Below are positions 63,199 through 64,000 of a stretch of DNA of 64,000 bases, one piece after another. The notes below the pieces were generated by a model. It had not been told where the DNA came from, did not search any database, and was given only the letters and a program-made list of their open reading frames with translations. The stretch's first letter is position 1; each line of letters begins with the position of its first letter. A program made the translations under genes and the position numbers. This DNA comes from Chrysomallon squamiferum (Eukaryota > Animalia > Mollusca). Location: positions 13,144,001-13,208,000 of the forward strand of contig CM022669.1 in assembly GCA_012295275.1 (NCBI GenBank), given 5' to 3'.

Positions 63199-63600
63199 AT
63201 GGTTGTTTGGTGTTTTTTTTTCCTTATTATGTTCATATTTTTTGCCGGTTTCTGCTTTATTATTAAGATGGCATTTTGTTGTTTTTTTATTGTTTTTTTA
63301 TTTATATGCTAGCAAAAACATTTTTTATGTTATTTATTTTATTAATTATTAAGAATAAATATGTTTAGTGACAAAGAATAATGTTAAAAAATAACTAATA
63401 TTAACAATTTTGATTTCCGATTAATTGTTCAGTAGTATTAGTTATGAATACAAATGGAAGTACTGAAAATGATAGTTTCAAGGTCAGAAGCATTTTTATA
63501 ATACAGTTATTTCAGTATTTAGAATTTAAAAAAACATTTTGGCATTTTTTTTTTTTTTCATTCTATTACCCCACATGCAAAAAAAAAAAAAAAAAAAAAA

Positions 63601-63666
<66 letters not shown>

Positions 63667-63988
63667 AATAAATGAATAAATAAATAAATAAATAAAAAGA
63701 AAAATAATAATAGGTGGTAAGCTGGTTATTTTTCTGTTACTTTATTATTAGCAAAGATTGAGGTATATGCAATGTATTTATACCATTTGAATGAATTGCC
63801 AGTGATGTATTGTAAAATACCTTCAGTGCATCGGGTTGTGCAAAATACACAGCGCCTGCAGTGCCAATGCTGATGTACAGATCCATCACCTGGGCAGCGA
63901 CGTGACTCAGGGGCAGGTAACTCACCATTACTTCCTCCCCATAGATCAAATTGACTTCTCTACCCACAGTTTGACAAACCCAGGTTAG
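57925..63988 (-). CDS. ACSBG2: Long-chain-fatty-acid--CoA ligase, bubblegum family (ACSBG2-like), 5'-partial. Exons: 63821-63988, 62917-63098, 60445-60632, 59891-60003, 59375-59525, 58947-59086, 58363-58609, 57925-58004
   Basis: All eight exons have GT-AG boundaries and join in frame (1269 nt). Motifs: VSYLPLSHVAAQ, GVPRVWEK, GAAP, IYGMSESTGPH, GRHVFMGYL, TGDIG, ITGRIKELIITAGGENIAPVPIE, DFSIPGGELGPTMKVRR. The gene continues beyond the window end. Confidence 0.93.
60614..60888 (-). repeat. Imperfect tandem duplications of an ACSBG intron/exon junction
   Basis: GTAACCATTTCTGAA at 60623, 60687 and 60760, and GTAACTATTTCTGAA at 60870. The first two copies also share ATATCAAA.TACCCAAGTGAAA. Confidence 0.8.
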
Positions 63989-64000
63989 CTGACAGAAAAA

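Overview
Eukaryotic, very AT-rich and microsatellite-dense DNA. The style resembles a mollusc, possibly a coleoid cephalopod; this is inference from composition only. The main content is a head-to-tail array of seven intact class A (rhodopsin-family) GPCR paralogues on the + strand (11409-52293). Each has two coding exons split by a phase-1 intron at the same position in TM6. They look related to the adenosine/GPR119/MECA-type receptors and fall into two subgroups. Genes 1-3 keep DRY and CWxP and have short C-tails. Genes 4-7 have lost both D3.49 (LRY/TRY) and W6.48 (G/S/A), gained H3.37 and long Cys/Ser-rich tails, and share a paired CRE-like upstream module. The 3' eight coding exons of a bubblegum-family long-chain acyl-CoA synthetase (ACSBG-like) lie convergently on the - strand (57925-63988). 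Non-coding highlights are a 33-bp minisatellite just after the GPCR1 stop with ten UGUAAAUA (Pumilio-type) elements, a 642-bp Tc1/mariner (pogo/Tigger-like) MITE, and tandemly duplicated splice-acceptor copies in an ACSBG intron. Most ORFs in the supplied track are microsatellite artefacts.
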